A program made the translations under genes and the position numbers. A stretch of DNA of 64,000 nucleotides from a virus (lineage: Duplodnaviria > Caudoviricetes), in the IMG/VR virus record IMGVR_UViG_3300037420_001376, positions 1 to 64,000 of that record; one strand, written 5' to 3'. Each line of letters opens with the position of its first letter. Positions within the stretch are counted from its first letter, which is position 1. This document shows positions 30,570-39,651 of this stretch, in pieces. The notes below the pieces were generated by a model, which saw only the letters and a program-made list of their open reading frames with translations, had not been told where the DNA came from and made no database searches.

Positions 30570-31364
30570 TTATTCTCCGAAGTCTTTAATCCACTGCTCT
30601 AAAGCTTTAGCCTCAAGAGTTTGTTTTGGTTGGCCCTTGCGCGTAACACCTGCACGAGAATTAACTGGTTTAATGGGTGGCTTTTTACCTTTTAATTTCT
30701 TACCGGCATATACGCGAGTCACCGAACCGTCAGCGATCATGGAATGCAAAATGCCAGAAGCATCAACATCTTCGCCAGTAATTTTTCCTTTAGCCTGCGC
30801 ATGTGCGTCTACTGCACGAGAAGCGGCATTGCCGGTAACTCGCTTTCCATAAACCAAACCTTTAACGCCTTTAGGTAAAAATTTATCAACGTTATATGGC
30901 CGATCAGAACCGGAAATAAGTTTATTGGTAACTTCTACATCTCGTTGTTGACGTGGGAAAGCATTATTGCGCGATGGATCAACAATATTGGGATTAACTT
31001 TTCCAAGGTCAATGCGCGTCATGGTTTTTGCGCCCTTGGTAGCAGCGGTTTTCTTGGTAGGCTTTTTAATTAAATTTCCACCAATAGCATTGGCTAAACG
31101 AACTCGTTCTTTAGAACCCGGTTGCACTGCGGCTTTCCAACGAACCGAAGTTGCCTGAATACTGGATCTATTTTTATATCCATAGATCGCTGCGGCTCCG
31201 ACACCAGCAATGGTTGCGCCGACAATTGCACCTTTAATCGCTGAATTGCGGCGGCCCTTGCGTTTTCTCGCGCTAATTGCCTGCGCTCGTCTAAGCGCGA
31301 CAGCACGCTTTTGTGTATATCTATATTGGCCTCGCCGCACATTTCGCCCTCGTTTCTTAGCCAT
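30570..31364 (-). CDS. Arg/Lys-rich basic protein (array member)
   Basis: TQKRAVALRRAQAISARKRK then GAIVGATIAGVGAAAIYG. Confidence 0.8.
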   Translation of the reverse strand: MAKKRGRNVRRGQYRYTQKRAVALRRAQAISARKRKGRRNSAIKGAIVGATIAGVGAAAIYGYKNRSSIQATSVRWKAAVQPGSKERVRLANAIGGNLIKKPTKKTAATKGAKTMTRIDLGKVNPNIVDPSRNNAFPRQQRDVEVTNKLISGSDRPYNVDKFLPKGVKGLVYGKRVTGNAASRAVDAHAQAKGKITGEDVDASGILHSMIADGSVTRVYAGKKLKGKKPPIKPVNSRAGVTRKGQPKQTLEAKALEQWIKDFGE

Positions 31365-32032
31365 TATCGCCTCTTTAAGTTTCTCAAGTAAACATCTAAA
31401 GGTTGACCATTGACTGTTGCCACACTTCTTGGTCGTTTCGGAACGAATTTTTTATCTTTGTAGTCATCACTTAATCGAATATCTCGACTGGGCAAACTAA
31501 CCGATTTTCCTTTAGCAAAAGTATATCCCGGAAAAATCTCTTTTCCACCAAGTGTTTTAATTGGTGTTTCTTTAGGTAATCGTTTACCACCAGAACCATA
31601 TCCACGAGTGGATTCTTTTCTATACTTTGGTGCAAATGGATTCTCAAAATGCTGACTGGCTAAAAGTCTATTGGTAGTTGTAGTGCCCAAAACCTGCTTC
31701 ATGGTTACCGGAGAGTGATTATAAGAAAGCCTTGTTTTAGTTGCACCTTTAGCACGAATTAAAGAAGCACCAGCTCTATTAACCGCAAATCGTGTACCAC
31801 TAGGCAACTGTTTTCCTGTGACACTAGAAACGTTGGCGTGTGTGGTTTTAGAAAAACTAGAGCCCGAAAGACGATGGCGGGCAACAACACCTGCTGTCGT
31901 TAAAGCGCCAACACTGACGGCACCAACGCCAATAGCAATTCTGCGATTACGCTTCTTGCGTGCTTGAACTAAATTCCTACGCGAAGCAACACGCTGTCTT
32001 GCAGTAGTTCTTTTACGTCTACGACTAGCCAC
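31364..32032 (-). CDS. Arg/Lys-rich basic protein (array member)
   Basis: TARQRVASRRNLVQARKKR then IAIGVGAVSVGALTTAGVVA. Confidence 0.8.
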   Translation of the reverse strand: MASRRRKRTTARQRVASRRNLVQARKKRNRRIAIGVGAVSVGALTTAGVVARHRLSGSSFSKTTHANVSSVTGKQLPSGTRFAVNRAGASLIRAKGATKTRLSYNHSPVTMKQVLGTTTTNRLLASQHFENPFAPKYRKESTRGYGSGGKRLPKETPIKTLGGKEIFPGYTFAKGKSVSLPSRDIRLSDDYKDKKFVPKRPRSVATVNGQPLDVYLRNLKRR

Positions 32033-32474
32033 GTCTTGCTCGCTTTCGTCTTTGTGTTCTCGGGCTCATTCCATCATATTTAGAACGAATCTTTTTCTCA
32101 TAACCTGGCACCAATCCGGCTCTGCGCTTTGCATCATATAAACCACGCGGCCTACGCACATACGTTGCCTCACCAGAAGAATTAACTTTAAATGCACCTT
32201 TTCGCGCAGGAATTGGCCGTTTAACAGTACGAACTTTGGTGACATTTCTGCCCGGTGGCAAAGCTAATTGATGGGTGGGATGAAAAGCAGATGGGCGATA
32301 TGGCCTGCGTAAATGATTAACGTAGCTTCTACCGGCTACACCCAAAACCGTTGCGGCACCAATGGTTCCAACAATACCTGCGCCAATGGCAATTCTTTTA
32401 TTTCTTTTACGGCGCGCAGCAATCAAGTTGCGCCGTGACGCAACTCGCTGTTTTGCACTACGCCGTTTAGCCAT
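32025..32474 (-). CDS. Arg/Lys-rich basic protein (array member)
   Basis: SAKQRVASRRNLIAARRKR then IAIGAGIVGTIGAATVLGVAG. Confidence 0.8.
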   Translation of the reverse strand: MAKRRSAKQRVASRRNLIAARRKRNKRIAIGAGIVGTIGAATVLGVAGRSYVNHLRRPYRPSAFHPTHQLALPPGRNVTKVRTVKRPIPARKGAFKVNSSGEATYVRRPRGLYDAKRRAGLVPGYEKKIRSKYDGMSPRTQRRKRARRG

Positions 32475-32695
32475 TAACGTCTACGTCTGCGCTTTCTGTT
32501 CTCAATATCATTAATCTCTTTAAGATTAACGATCATACCCGCCACGCCTAAAGTGGCTTTATTTCCAGCCCTACGAACACCTTTAGCAATCCAATAACCA
32601 ACCTGATTTTTGGCGCTGGTGTGTTTCTTTCGCGCAGAAATCCTTTGGGCCTTTAAAATGGATTGCCTTCGTTTAGGCGTTAAACGATAGGCCAT
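32474..32695 (-). CDS. Arg/Lys-rich basic protein (array member)
   Basis: RLTPKRRQSILKAQRISARKK; TAATG coupling. Confidence 0.75.
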   Translation of the reverse strand: MAYRLTPKRRQSILKAQRISARKKHTSAKNQVGYWIAKGVRRAGNKATLGVAGMIVNLKEINDIENRKRRRRR

Positions 32696-33054
32696 TATCG
32701 CCTCTGCTTTGCATAAGCGCTATAAACTTGAGCGTGGGTTAAGTGCTTTACTTTCTTTTTAGATGTTTTGCGCTTCTTTGGTCGTAAAACCCCAACAGCA
32801 ACGTTGTGTCTACCTACGCGACCACGAACGGCAACATGTTGAGAGCTTCTATGAGCACTAATTCTTTTAGTTTTCTTTCTAGACTTAGAATGAGAAACTT
32901 GTGCTCGATAACCTTTTTTATGCGCTAAATATGCAGCACCACCTGCTAACGCAACACCGGTGGCTACTCCTGCAGCTATACGACGTCTGCGTCGTTTCTT
33001 TCGGGCTTTTTCTAGATTTCTCCTAGAAGCAGCTTTTTGCCTAGCGGTCGCCAT
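32695..33054 (-). CDS. Arg/Lys-rich basic protein (array member)
   Basis: TARQKAASRRNLEKARKKR then IAAGVATGVALAGGAAYLA. Confidence 0.8.
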   Translation of the reverse strand: MATARQKAASRRNLEKARKKRRRRRIAAGVATGVALAGGAAYLAHKKGYRAQVSHSKSRKKTKRISAHRSSQHVAVRGRVGRHNVAVGVLRPKKRKTSKKKVKHLTHAQVYSAYAKQRR

Positions 33055-33055
33055 A

Positions 33056-33493
33056 TTAATATCGCGTTCTTACAGAAACCGATCCATGACGGCTTGCAAC
33101 AAACACACGATTATGCTTGGTAGCACCGCGACTACGCGCGACGGGGCGTGTATTTGAATAGTGCACTCTGCGCTTTTTATCTTGCTTTAAATGTGCGGCA
33201 TAGTCGTTATAGAACTTTTTAGAATTAGCGCTGTACTTTTTAGCAGCGGCTTGGCCTTTTTTATGTTTGCCATAAGCGTGTGCAACATGGGCTGCGCCAT
33301 AAGCGACTAATGCAGCGCCAGCAACATAATTTCCAGCATTGCGCCGTAAATGTCCTTTTACGCCACCACCAGAAATTTTACGATTGGCAGCGGCTAATTT
33401 GCCTTTACCTTTTCCACGGCGTTTTCGTGCAGAAGCGGCTTGAGCTTTTTTCAACGCCGCTCTACGAGCAGGCGTCATTCGATGTGCTGCCAT
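33056..33493 (-). CDS. Arg/Lys-rich basic protein (array member)
   Basis: RMTPARRAALKKAQAASARKRR. Confidence 0.8.
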   Translation of the reverse strand: MAAHRMTPARRAALKKAQAASARKRRGKGKGKLAAANRKISGGGVKGHLRRNAGNYVAGAALVAYGAAHVAHAYGKHKKGQAAAKKYSANSKKFYNDYAAHLKQDKKRRVHYSNTRPVARSRGATKHNRVFVASRHGSVSVRTRY

Positions 33494-33660
33494 TATCGCC
33501 GCCTAACAGTAAACCTCGGTCCACCACCAATAAATAATAAGTACACCCCATACACACACAGCAATATCCCAGCAATGAGCAGAATAATATGCAATACGTA
33601 GGGCATTACGACTAAAAAAGCGATAAGTAAACAGGCGATTCCAGCAAGTAACGCTCCCAT
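33493..33660 (-). CDS. small two-TM membrane protein (55 aa, not in ORF track)
   Basis: MGALLAGIACLLIAFLVVMPYVLHIILLIAGILLCVYGVYLLFIGGGPRFTVRRR; TAATG overlaps at both ends. Confidence 0.75.
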   Translation of the reverse strand: MGALLAGIACLLIAFLVVMPYVLHIILLIAGILLCVYGVYLLFIGGGPRFTVRRR

Positions 33661-33845
33661 TAGCGTCTACCTTTCTTTCCAGAATGCTTGGATTCGGGCA
33701 GGCGGCGATACCTTATTTTTTTGCCGCCTTTAGTGCGATGGGCCATGCGATGCGCGAATTCTTTTTTGTTCGCGAAAGCCCATTTCCATTGCTTTTTCGA
33801 GAAGAAGCCAGTTTTGCGACCTTTACGCTTTTTCTTTTTTGCCAC
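33660..33845 (-). CDS. small basic protein (first of array)
   Basis: MAKKKKRKGRKTGFFSKKQWKWAFA; Lys/Arg-rich. Confidence 0.7.
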   Translation of the reverse strand: MAKKKKRKGRKTGFFSKKQWKWAFANKKEFAHRMAHRTKGGKKIRYRRLPESKHSGKKGRR

Positions 33846-33884
33846 GTCACATCACCTGAAGTGTTGATCATCGTGGCTAAGATT

Positions 33885-35537
33885 CTACGCGGTCACACCC
33901 AAATCAACGGTTTGCTCATCCGGCGTGTTGGGCACGGGATTGCCCTGGTCATCGACGCTTTGGCCCTGATCTTGGCCACCTGCGCCCAACGCGAACGGAT
34001 CTAGCGCTGCGGCCTGGGCAGCACTTTGAGATACCAACATTTCTGCTAAATCATCATCGGTTAACGGATTTCCCAAAGCATCATGAGTTGGCCACTTCCA
34101 TCCTAATTCTCTTAGCTTTTGAATCATCATTACTGTGAGAATCATATTGGATGAATATAAAAGTTGTGTCTCGGTGATTTCAGTATCACGGTTTTTCGGC
34201 ATGGGATCATCAAACACACACACCACGGTAAGCTCTGCCATTTTTGCCGCATCGCCAAACATTTCTGGCTCATAGGCGGGCAACCATTGCGTGGTAATAT
34301 CGAAATGCATCTGATCTAAAATCATGAGCATTTCAAGTTCTAGCTCTTCATTAGACGCCAACAAAGGCATCATTTGAAGTTGTAGCGATATTCCGCTTTC
34401 AGCAACCGCCACATCAACGCGACCAATCGCAATTTCAGGCGTACCTGAAGATTCGCTAATACCTTTTTCATCAATCCAATTCATGTGTTCTTGGAATGGG
34501 GAAACCGAATCCACACCAGTAACTTTGTCAAATTTCTGTTCTTGACCAATTTCAATGACTTGTTTCGGCCCAATATTCCAATCGGTGGGATTGCCATTAT
34601 CATCTTTGGGTCTACCGGCAGTGGTGACATACATGCCCAAACCCTGAAAAACAATGGTGCAATCTTCATCCGTTAAAGATTGATTGATCGCATAAAGGAG
34701 TGTTTCAAGCCCCGTAAGTATAGAGTGTCCCCAAGTAGAATTTTGAGGCGCTCTTGTTCTCCATTTATAGATGGGAAGATTTGTGATGGGCACAGAATCA
34801 GACCCAATGAATTCCGGATCTTCGTCTTGATCACTATTGACAACTCGTTCTTGGTCTTCACGAGCTTTAACACTGCGATCATCCCATTTCCCTAATTCAT
34901 AAAACTTCAGTTCGCTAGTGACGCCAGTGACCGTGCCGGTTTCATCATAGACTTTGCGAAAAGTACGAACTTTAGCCACTTGCTTATCGGGCTTATCCGG
35001 TTCACGGAAGTCCTGAACTTTTTCAACAATATGATAACCACTTACTTCTTTGGCATCATGGGGAGACTCATTGATTTCAAAGATAAATCGGGGATCGAGT
35101 TCTTCGATACAAATTCGTTTTCCAGAAGTTTTATTAGGTTTGGCGTATACATAAAAGGCTGCATCTCCACGGACGAGGCCCCATCGTTTGTTTGACTCAA
35201 ATTTACTCCTAATGCCTTCGCGCTTATACGTATCTGCCCACCAAGCATCAACTGCTAATTGTGCAGCTTCATCACCAGTAGCATCAACAAACCATTGAAG
35301 ATTTTTACCAAGAAAACGAGTAGTCGCCTCTACAATCTTTTTAGCATTGGGAACAATCAGGGGAACTTGATCTTCACCACGTAAATTCAGCGCAAGATTT
35401 ATAGTAGAGTTAATATATAAATCTTCGTAATAATCGTACGCCTGAATGCGCTTTAAATCCCACGGGTCAACAATATTATCGTCGCCAGTTGTCAAAAAAT
35501 CTAAAGCGGCTTCATATTGCTTATTATTGTAGGGCAT
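33885..35537 (-). CDS. portal protein
   Basis: 550 aa directly after terminase; SGISLQLQMMPL motif typical of SPP1-like portals. Confidence 0.9.
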   Translation of the reverse strand: MPYNNKQYEAALDFLTTGDDNIVDPWDLKRIQAYDYYEDLYINSTINLALNLRGEDQVPLIVPNAKKIVEATTRFLGKNLQWFVDATGDEAAQLAVDAWWADTYKREGIRSKFESNKRWGLVRGDAAFYVYAKPNKTSGKRICIEELDPRFIFEINESPHDAKEVSGYHIVEKVQDFREPDKPDKQVAKVRTFRKVYDETGTVTGVTSELKFYELGKWDDRSVKAREDQERVVNSDQDEDPEFIGSDSVPITNLPIYKWRTRAPQNSTWGHSILTGLETLLYAINQSLTDEDCTIVFQGLGMYVTTAGRPKDDNGNPTDWNIGPKQVIEIGQEQKFDKVTGVDSVSPFQEHMNWIDEKGISESSGTPEIAIGRVDVAVAESGISLQLQMMPLLASNEELELEMLMILDQMHFDITTQWLPAYEPEMFGDAAKMAELTVVCVFDDPMPKNRDTEITETQLLYSSNMILTVMMIQKLRELGWKWPTHDALGNPLTDDDLAEMLVSQSAAQAAALDPFALGAGGQDQGQSVDDQGNPVPNTPDEQTVDLGVTA

Positions 35538-35546
35538 CGCACTAGC

Positions 35547-37199
35547 CTACTTGCTCATCCAGTTAGACCTGCGCTTATTAGTGTGGCGTGTCGCAATCCC
35601 AGCAGGTGTCGACCCATACCCATCACCAGTTCTATACCGGGTATTTCCCAGATTCGACAGAAACTTAGCCTTAGAAATTCTAGTACCACCACCATACTGT
35701 TCAGAAGCACTGTGGTAACGACTTGCTAAAAATCTACCTAAAGCTTCTGGCGTATGGTCATCTTTTTTGAGTGGTAATTCAAACCTTTTAACCGAAGTTT
35801 CTTGTTGCTCGTCCTTTTTCTCAGGATACCGGTATTCACCGAATTCATATATCGTATGTGGACATTTGGTCGAAATCATTAATCTTGGTCTTTTAACATC
35901 CTGCCTCGGAGGATGAGATTTCCAATTTGTCTTATTGACTTCCGTATCGTTTACTCGATCTTTTAACGCTAAGCGAATAAGGTTGAGTCGATCTTGTAAT
36001 TCGCCGCCGGTGTGGGGCCTAGCTCTAATTTGTTTCCCAGCTCGCAAAAATATATTTTCCAAGGTTCTGGTATCCCCGGGTAGTGCAGGGTCGGGGAAGA
36101 ATTCTTGACAGCTATCGGGTAACAAGCCTCTTCGGAGAACTTCTTTTGCGAATTCATCAGGCGCTAACGTGTCTTGATATAATTCATCGATAACATTTAT
36201 TTCACCCCAAGGACCAATTTGAATAAGCAGCCATACCGAAGGATTGCGATATCCATAGTCAACAGCAGCCACCGTTTCCCAACTCGGATTGTATGGTAAT
36301 AGTCGAGTGTGTGTCTCTTCGTTGTATTCCTTAAATACCTTTCCAACGAAATCTGTAAAGTCAGCGGCAATTTCCTGCTGAAACTTAGGGATGGTAAGGG
36401 CATCTGCTTGAACCACGATTTCTGAATCAATTGTCAATCCTTGCATGGCAACTATTTCAGCAGCGGTGTATTCAGGGTTTTCCTGCATCATGTAAAGCAT
36501 TTGCTTCACATGAGCATCAACAGTTTCTTCAAGATAAACGTATGGATTATACCAACTAGGAATTCTATGAGCGCTCCATAATTCTTTCCTACGAGCGTCC
36601 ATAAATAACTTATAAAACCAATTTTTACCTTCTGGTGTGGAAGTGAATTTAGCCCATCCCTTATTATCCGAAAGCGACGGCATCACATACTGCGTCCACA
36701 CCTCTTCTTTAAGTTTTGCCGCCTCTTCCATATGCACACCGCTTAACGCCTCGCCAACCAGCGTGTCAGGGTGCTGTGCAGATTTTGCGCTATAAATAAA
36801 ACGACCATCCCACAATGAGATAGTCATTTGGCCAGAACCAGGAGAATTATATGATCCTGGTTTATCCATGGGAATTTCTAATCTACGACATAAATCCCAA
36901 AAGACACGAAAGGGCTTCTCAGAGTCAGAATACTGTGGACCTACTGACCAAAATTCTCTACGCTTGCCTTCGGCTTTTAAATGATGAGCGATCTTTTGAG
37001 TCAGTGCCGCTTCTGGCAATAACTCATTGGCCACCATTTTAGATTTACCAAAACGTCGTCCACAAGAGGCAACCAAAAAACGGGCTGGATCTTCCATTAA
37101 ACGCAATTGTGCGCGATGAGGATCGAAGACTTTTTCTTCTCTACCGTTTTCTGGATTTACATAATCTCTATCCAGTATGGCCCACTTTGAGAATCCCAT
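35547..37199 (-). CDS. terL: terminase large subunit
   Basis: Walker A GRRFGKS, Walker B VHMEEAA, TSTPEGKNWFY coupling motif, AVDYG nuclease motif. Confidence 0.95.
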   Translation of the reverse strand: MGFSKWAILDRDYVNPENGREEKVFDPHRAQLRLMEDPARFLVASCGRRFGKSKMVANELLPEAALTQKIAHHLKAEGKRREFWSVGPQYSDSEKPFRVFWDLCRRLEIPMDKPGSYNSPGSGQMTISLWDGRFIYSAKSAQHPDTLVGEALSGVHMEEAAKLKEEVWTQYVMPSLSDNKGWAKFTSTPEGKNWFYKLFMDARRKELWSAHRIPSWYNPYVYLEETVDAHVKQMLYMMQENPEYTAAEIVAMQGLTIDSEIVVQADALTIPKFQQEIAADFTDFVGKVFKEYNEETHTRLLPYNPSWETVAAVDYGYRNPSVWLLIQIGPWGEINVIDELYQDTLAPDEFAKEVLRRGLLPDSCQEFFPDPALPGDTRTLENIFLRAGKQIRARPHTGGELQDRLNLIRLALKDRVNDTEVNKTNWKSHPPRQDVKRPRLMISTKCPHTIYEFGEYRYPEKKDEQQETSVKRFELPLKKDDHTPEALGRFLASRYHSASEQYGGGTRISKAKFLSNLGNTRYRTGDGYGSTPAGIATRHTNKRRSNWMSK

Positions 37200-37249
37200 T
37201 TAGCCCGCCACGCGATCTATCCTTTAACGAGATAAACGCTAATGATAGT

Positions 37250-37364
37250 AAACGCGGAAAACCACTCTAGGACGCGGATGAAACTAGAGTGGTTCCCCTA
37301 AGCCAAAAAGATTCTCACCGGACGAAGAGTGAGAATCTTTGAGGCCAGTTTACGATCCGCGTTT
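37250..37364 (-). promoter_or_regulatory. structured intergenic element upstream of terL
   Basis: 12-bp and 11-bp perfect hairpins enclosed by a 9-bp outer stem; a loop carries a second copy of the outer-stem sequence. Confidence 0.55.
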
Positions 37365-37675
37365 TATTCCATTTCCTGCAAACCAGTAGCAGGATTAAAA
37401 GTACCGCTTCGATTATTAATTACGTTTCCTGGTGCGCCAGTAACTTTTGTACCAAAAACTGCATCCGCTCCACCGGGCCTGGGTCCGGTCGTCGGGAAAT
37501 TAACAGCCGAAGTTTTCGGTTTTTGATCGGCAGCCGCAGCGGCAATCGCACGACGTTCGCCCGAATCGACAATAATCGGAATTGGCCTGGTTGCCACATT
37601 TCTACCGTCATACATCTTTTTCATTGCCGGTTTCACACCCTGTGTCGAGGGGCTCACCGTTCGGTTCTTCGCCAT
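37364..37675 (-). CDS. hypothetical protein
   Basis: AGGAG RBS, 103 aa. Confidence 0.7.
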   Translation of the reverse strand: MAKNRTVSPSTQGVKPAMKKMYDGRNVATRPIPIIVDSGERRAIAAAAADQKPKTSAVNFPTTGPRPGGADAVFGTKVTGAPGNVINNRSGTFNPATGLQEME

Positions 37676-38987
37676 TTTCGTCTCCTACCTGAACTTGAGA
37701 ATCCTCGTCTACCTCGGGATATAGCAGGGATAGTACCAGATCGGTATCGGCATTGGTCGCTTCGACACGCGCCAGCCTAGCCTCAGTCAAATCATCAGGA
37801 TGAATTAACCGACACATTAATTTCCCAGCCAAGGAACCCGTTTTAATTATTTTAAACTCTAAAAAATACGGAAGTCGATCTAAACTAGTAGCTCCCACAG
37901 CTCTAGCGGCGAATCGTCGCTGTTTTGCTTTTTGTCGGGCTTTGCGTAATCTTTCTTTCTCATCCCGATACTCAGTGCGTTTTTCACCATGGACAGTAAG
38001 CCCGGTATCCGAATCTCGTCCATCCCTGGCTTCAAATGAATTTGTAGACTCCCCGGCACCCGGTACGGATTCGCTAAATCCGCGTACTCCACTCTGTCCA
38101 GAATTCCCCAATCCTGAAGTTTCACTTCCATCCGAACTTCCATATCCGACAATTCCCGGCGAAGCTTCAAGATCATCTTCTTGTCCATAAATATAATCCT
38201 CTTCAGTTTCTGCGTCCAGTATCTCACTGGCAGAATTATTTCTGCCTCGTTGATTCGATCCGGAATCATCCAAACTTTCACCACGAGACGATTCAATAGA
38301 TTTTCGATAATCTTCTCGACTACCAGACTCAACCGAAGTGTCAAAAATCGTTTCATAAACTTTGCTCGCATCTCCGGTAAGTAATACTTCAGGAGTTTTA
38401 CCAATAACTCTTTCAGCCAACCATGTAGCAGCTTTAAATCTGTCGCCAGGTTCAACTAATTCAGAATCAGCGATTTCAAAAACAACCTGGATGGCCCGCA
38501 TACTCTTAGATTTAATATACTCATTAAGTCTAAGAGATAGTTCTTTATTTAACTTGGCTTGAAATCGTCCAGCAGTCCCGCCACTGGCTCGTGAACCAGA
38601 ACTGTTTTCTATAACAGCAAAGGGAACCTTGAAAAACCCATGTCCAGCCGGGAGAACCTTATCGCTATCTCCAAATTTTTGCTCATTGAGAATGTATCTT
38701 CCCATAAGCTCATCATCGGTTAAATCTTTTGGGTCAAGAAAACCTTTAATAAACTTGGTGACTCGATCTAGCTTAGAAACCTCAACATCGGTGATGCCTC
38801 GTTTTTTCTCCTGATACTGTCTTTTACGATCCTCATTGACACATACTTTACATTTAGAAAACTTACCATCCGAAGCTGAATGATTGTCGTAAAAATCTGA
38901 CAGAGGCTTATCAACCCCACATTTTTTGCAGGTTTTTAAATCCTCATACTGCGAGGTTTCATCATCAACTTCAACATCAACCGACAT
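37608..38987 (-). CDS. putative terminase small subunit with N-terminal Zn-finger
   Basis: CxxC...CxxC N-terminus; DRFKAATWLAERVIGK helix pattern; position upstream of terL. Confidence 0.5.
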   Translation of the reverse strand: MSVDVEVDDETSQYEDLKTCKKCGVDKPLSDFYDNHSASDGKFSKCKVCVNEDRKRQYQEKKRGITDVEVSKLDRVTKFIKGFLDPKDLTDDELMGRYILNEQKFGDSDKVLPAGHGFFKVPFAVIENSSGSRASGGTAGRFQAKLNKELSLRLNEYIKSKSMRAIQVVFEIADSELVEPGDRFKAATWLAERVIGKTPEVLLTGDASKVYETIFDTSVESGSREDYRKSIESSRGESLDDSGSNQRGRNNSASEILDAETEEDYIYGQEDDLEASPGIVGYGSSDGSETSGLGNSGQSGVRGFSESVPGAGESTNSFEARDGRDSDTGLTVHGEKRTEYRDEKERLRKARQKAKQRRFAARAVGATSLDRLPYFLEFKIIKTGSLAGKLMCRLIHPDDLTEARLARVEATNADTDLVLSLLYPEVDEDSQVQVGDENGEEPNGEPLDTGCETGNEKDV

Positions 38988-39017
38988 TTAAAAATCAGCC
39001 CTAAACCTTAGAATTCA

Positions 39018-39368
39018 TCATTCTTGCCGATCCACTGAAGTACGAATTTTTGGTTGTTTAAACTTTGCGGGACTTCTCTGCGGTTTCGTTTGAACCATTG
39101 GTGCATCGGGACCAAAAGCGTCAGGATTGCCCCGAACATATAACATTGATTCTTCGGTTTCATCACTTCTTGTCGAATCCATCCGATTTTGGGCCTGTCT
39201 AATCATGTCGCCCGTCATTCCACCCCGTTTCGACCCGCCACGGCGGCTGGCGATGGTCCAGGGCAGCTTTCTGGCGCTCTGGTAGTCACTATCGGGATGG
39301 GCGAATTTGCCTGGTCCGTGACTGCGTTCTGACCGGCCCGGCGTATCTGACGATAACGGTGCGCTCAT
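39018..39368 (-). CDS. hypothetical protein
   Basis: Start moved to ATG 39368; the ORF-track extension only reads through the repeat cluster. Confidence 0.5.
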   Translation of the reverse strand: MSAPLSSDTPGRSERSHGPGKFAHPDSDYQSARKLPWTIASRRGGSKRGGMTGDMIRQAQNRMDSTRSDETEESMLYVRGNPDAFGPDAPMVQTKPQRSPAKFKQPKIRTSVDRQE

Positions 39369-39404
39369 AATGTCGATTTTACCCCTACCTGCGGTTTTTC
39401 TATA

Positions 39405-39647
39405 GGTAGCACATTTGGTAGTAGAAAAGGTAGTACAAAAAACATGCTCTGACCTGCAAGGTAGTACAGGTAGCACAAATTTGTTGGTTCGCTCTATACG
39501 TGAGAAAAAGAGGGCGTGTAGTAGTGCTTTGGTTGTGTTTCTCTCATGTGTGTAGTTATAGATATTTGTACTACCTTCTACTACTCTACTACCTTGATAT
39601 ATTTGACCTGCACTTTTACAGGTAGCACATCGGGTAGTAGGTAGTAC
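39405..39647. repeat. GGTAG(C/T)A(C/G) iteron-like repeat cluster
   Basis: 8 direct copies (39405, 39417, 39429, 39460, 39469, 39621, 39633, 39640) and 2 inverted (39568, 39586). Confidence 0.8.
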
Positions 39648-39651
39648 ATAT

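Noticed and set aside
37880-38455. 191-aa alternative-frame ORF inside the 459-aa gene
   Set aside because: Fully nested on the same strand, no RBS or motif; probably a by-product of codon bias
39405-39647. Repeat cluster as a CRISPR array
   Set aside because: Repeats are only 8 bp, irregularly spaced and in both orientations; the Cas4-like gene is a typical solo phage nuclease with no cas operon
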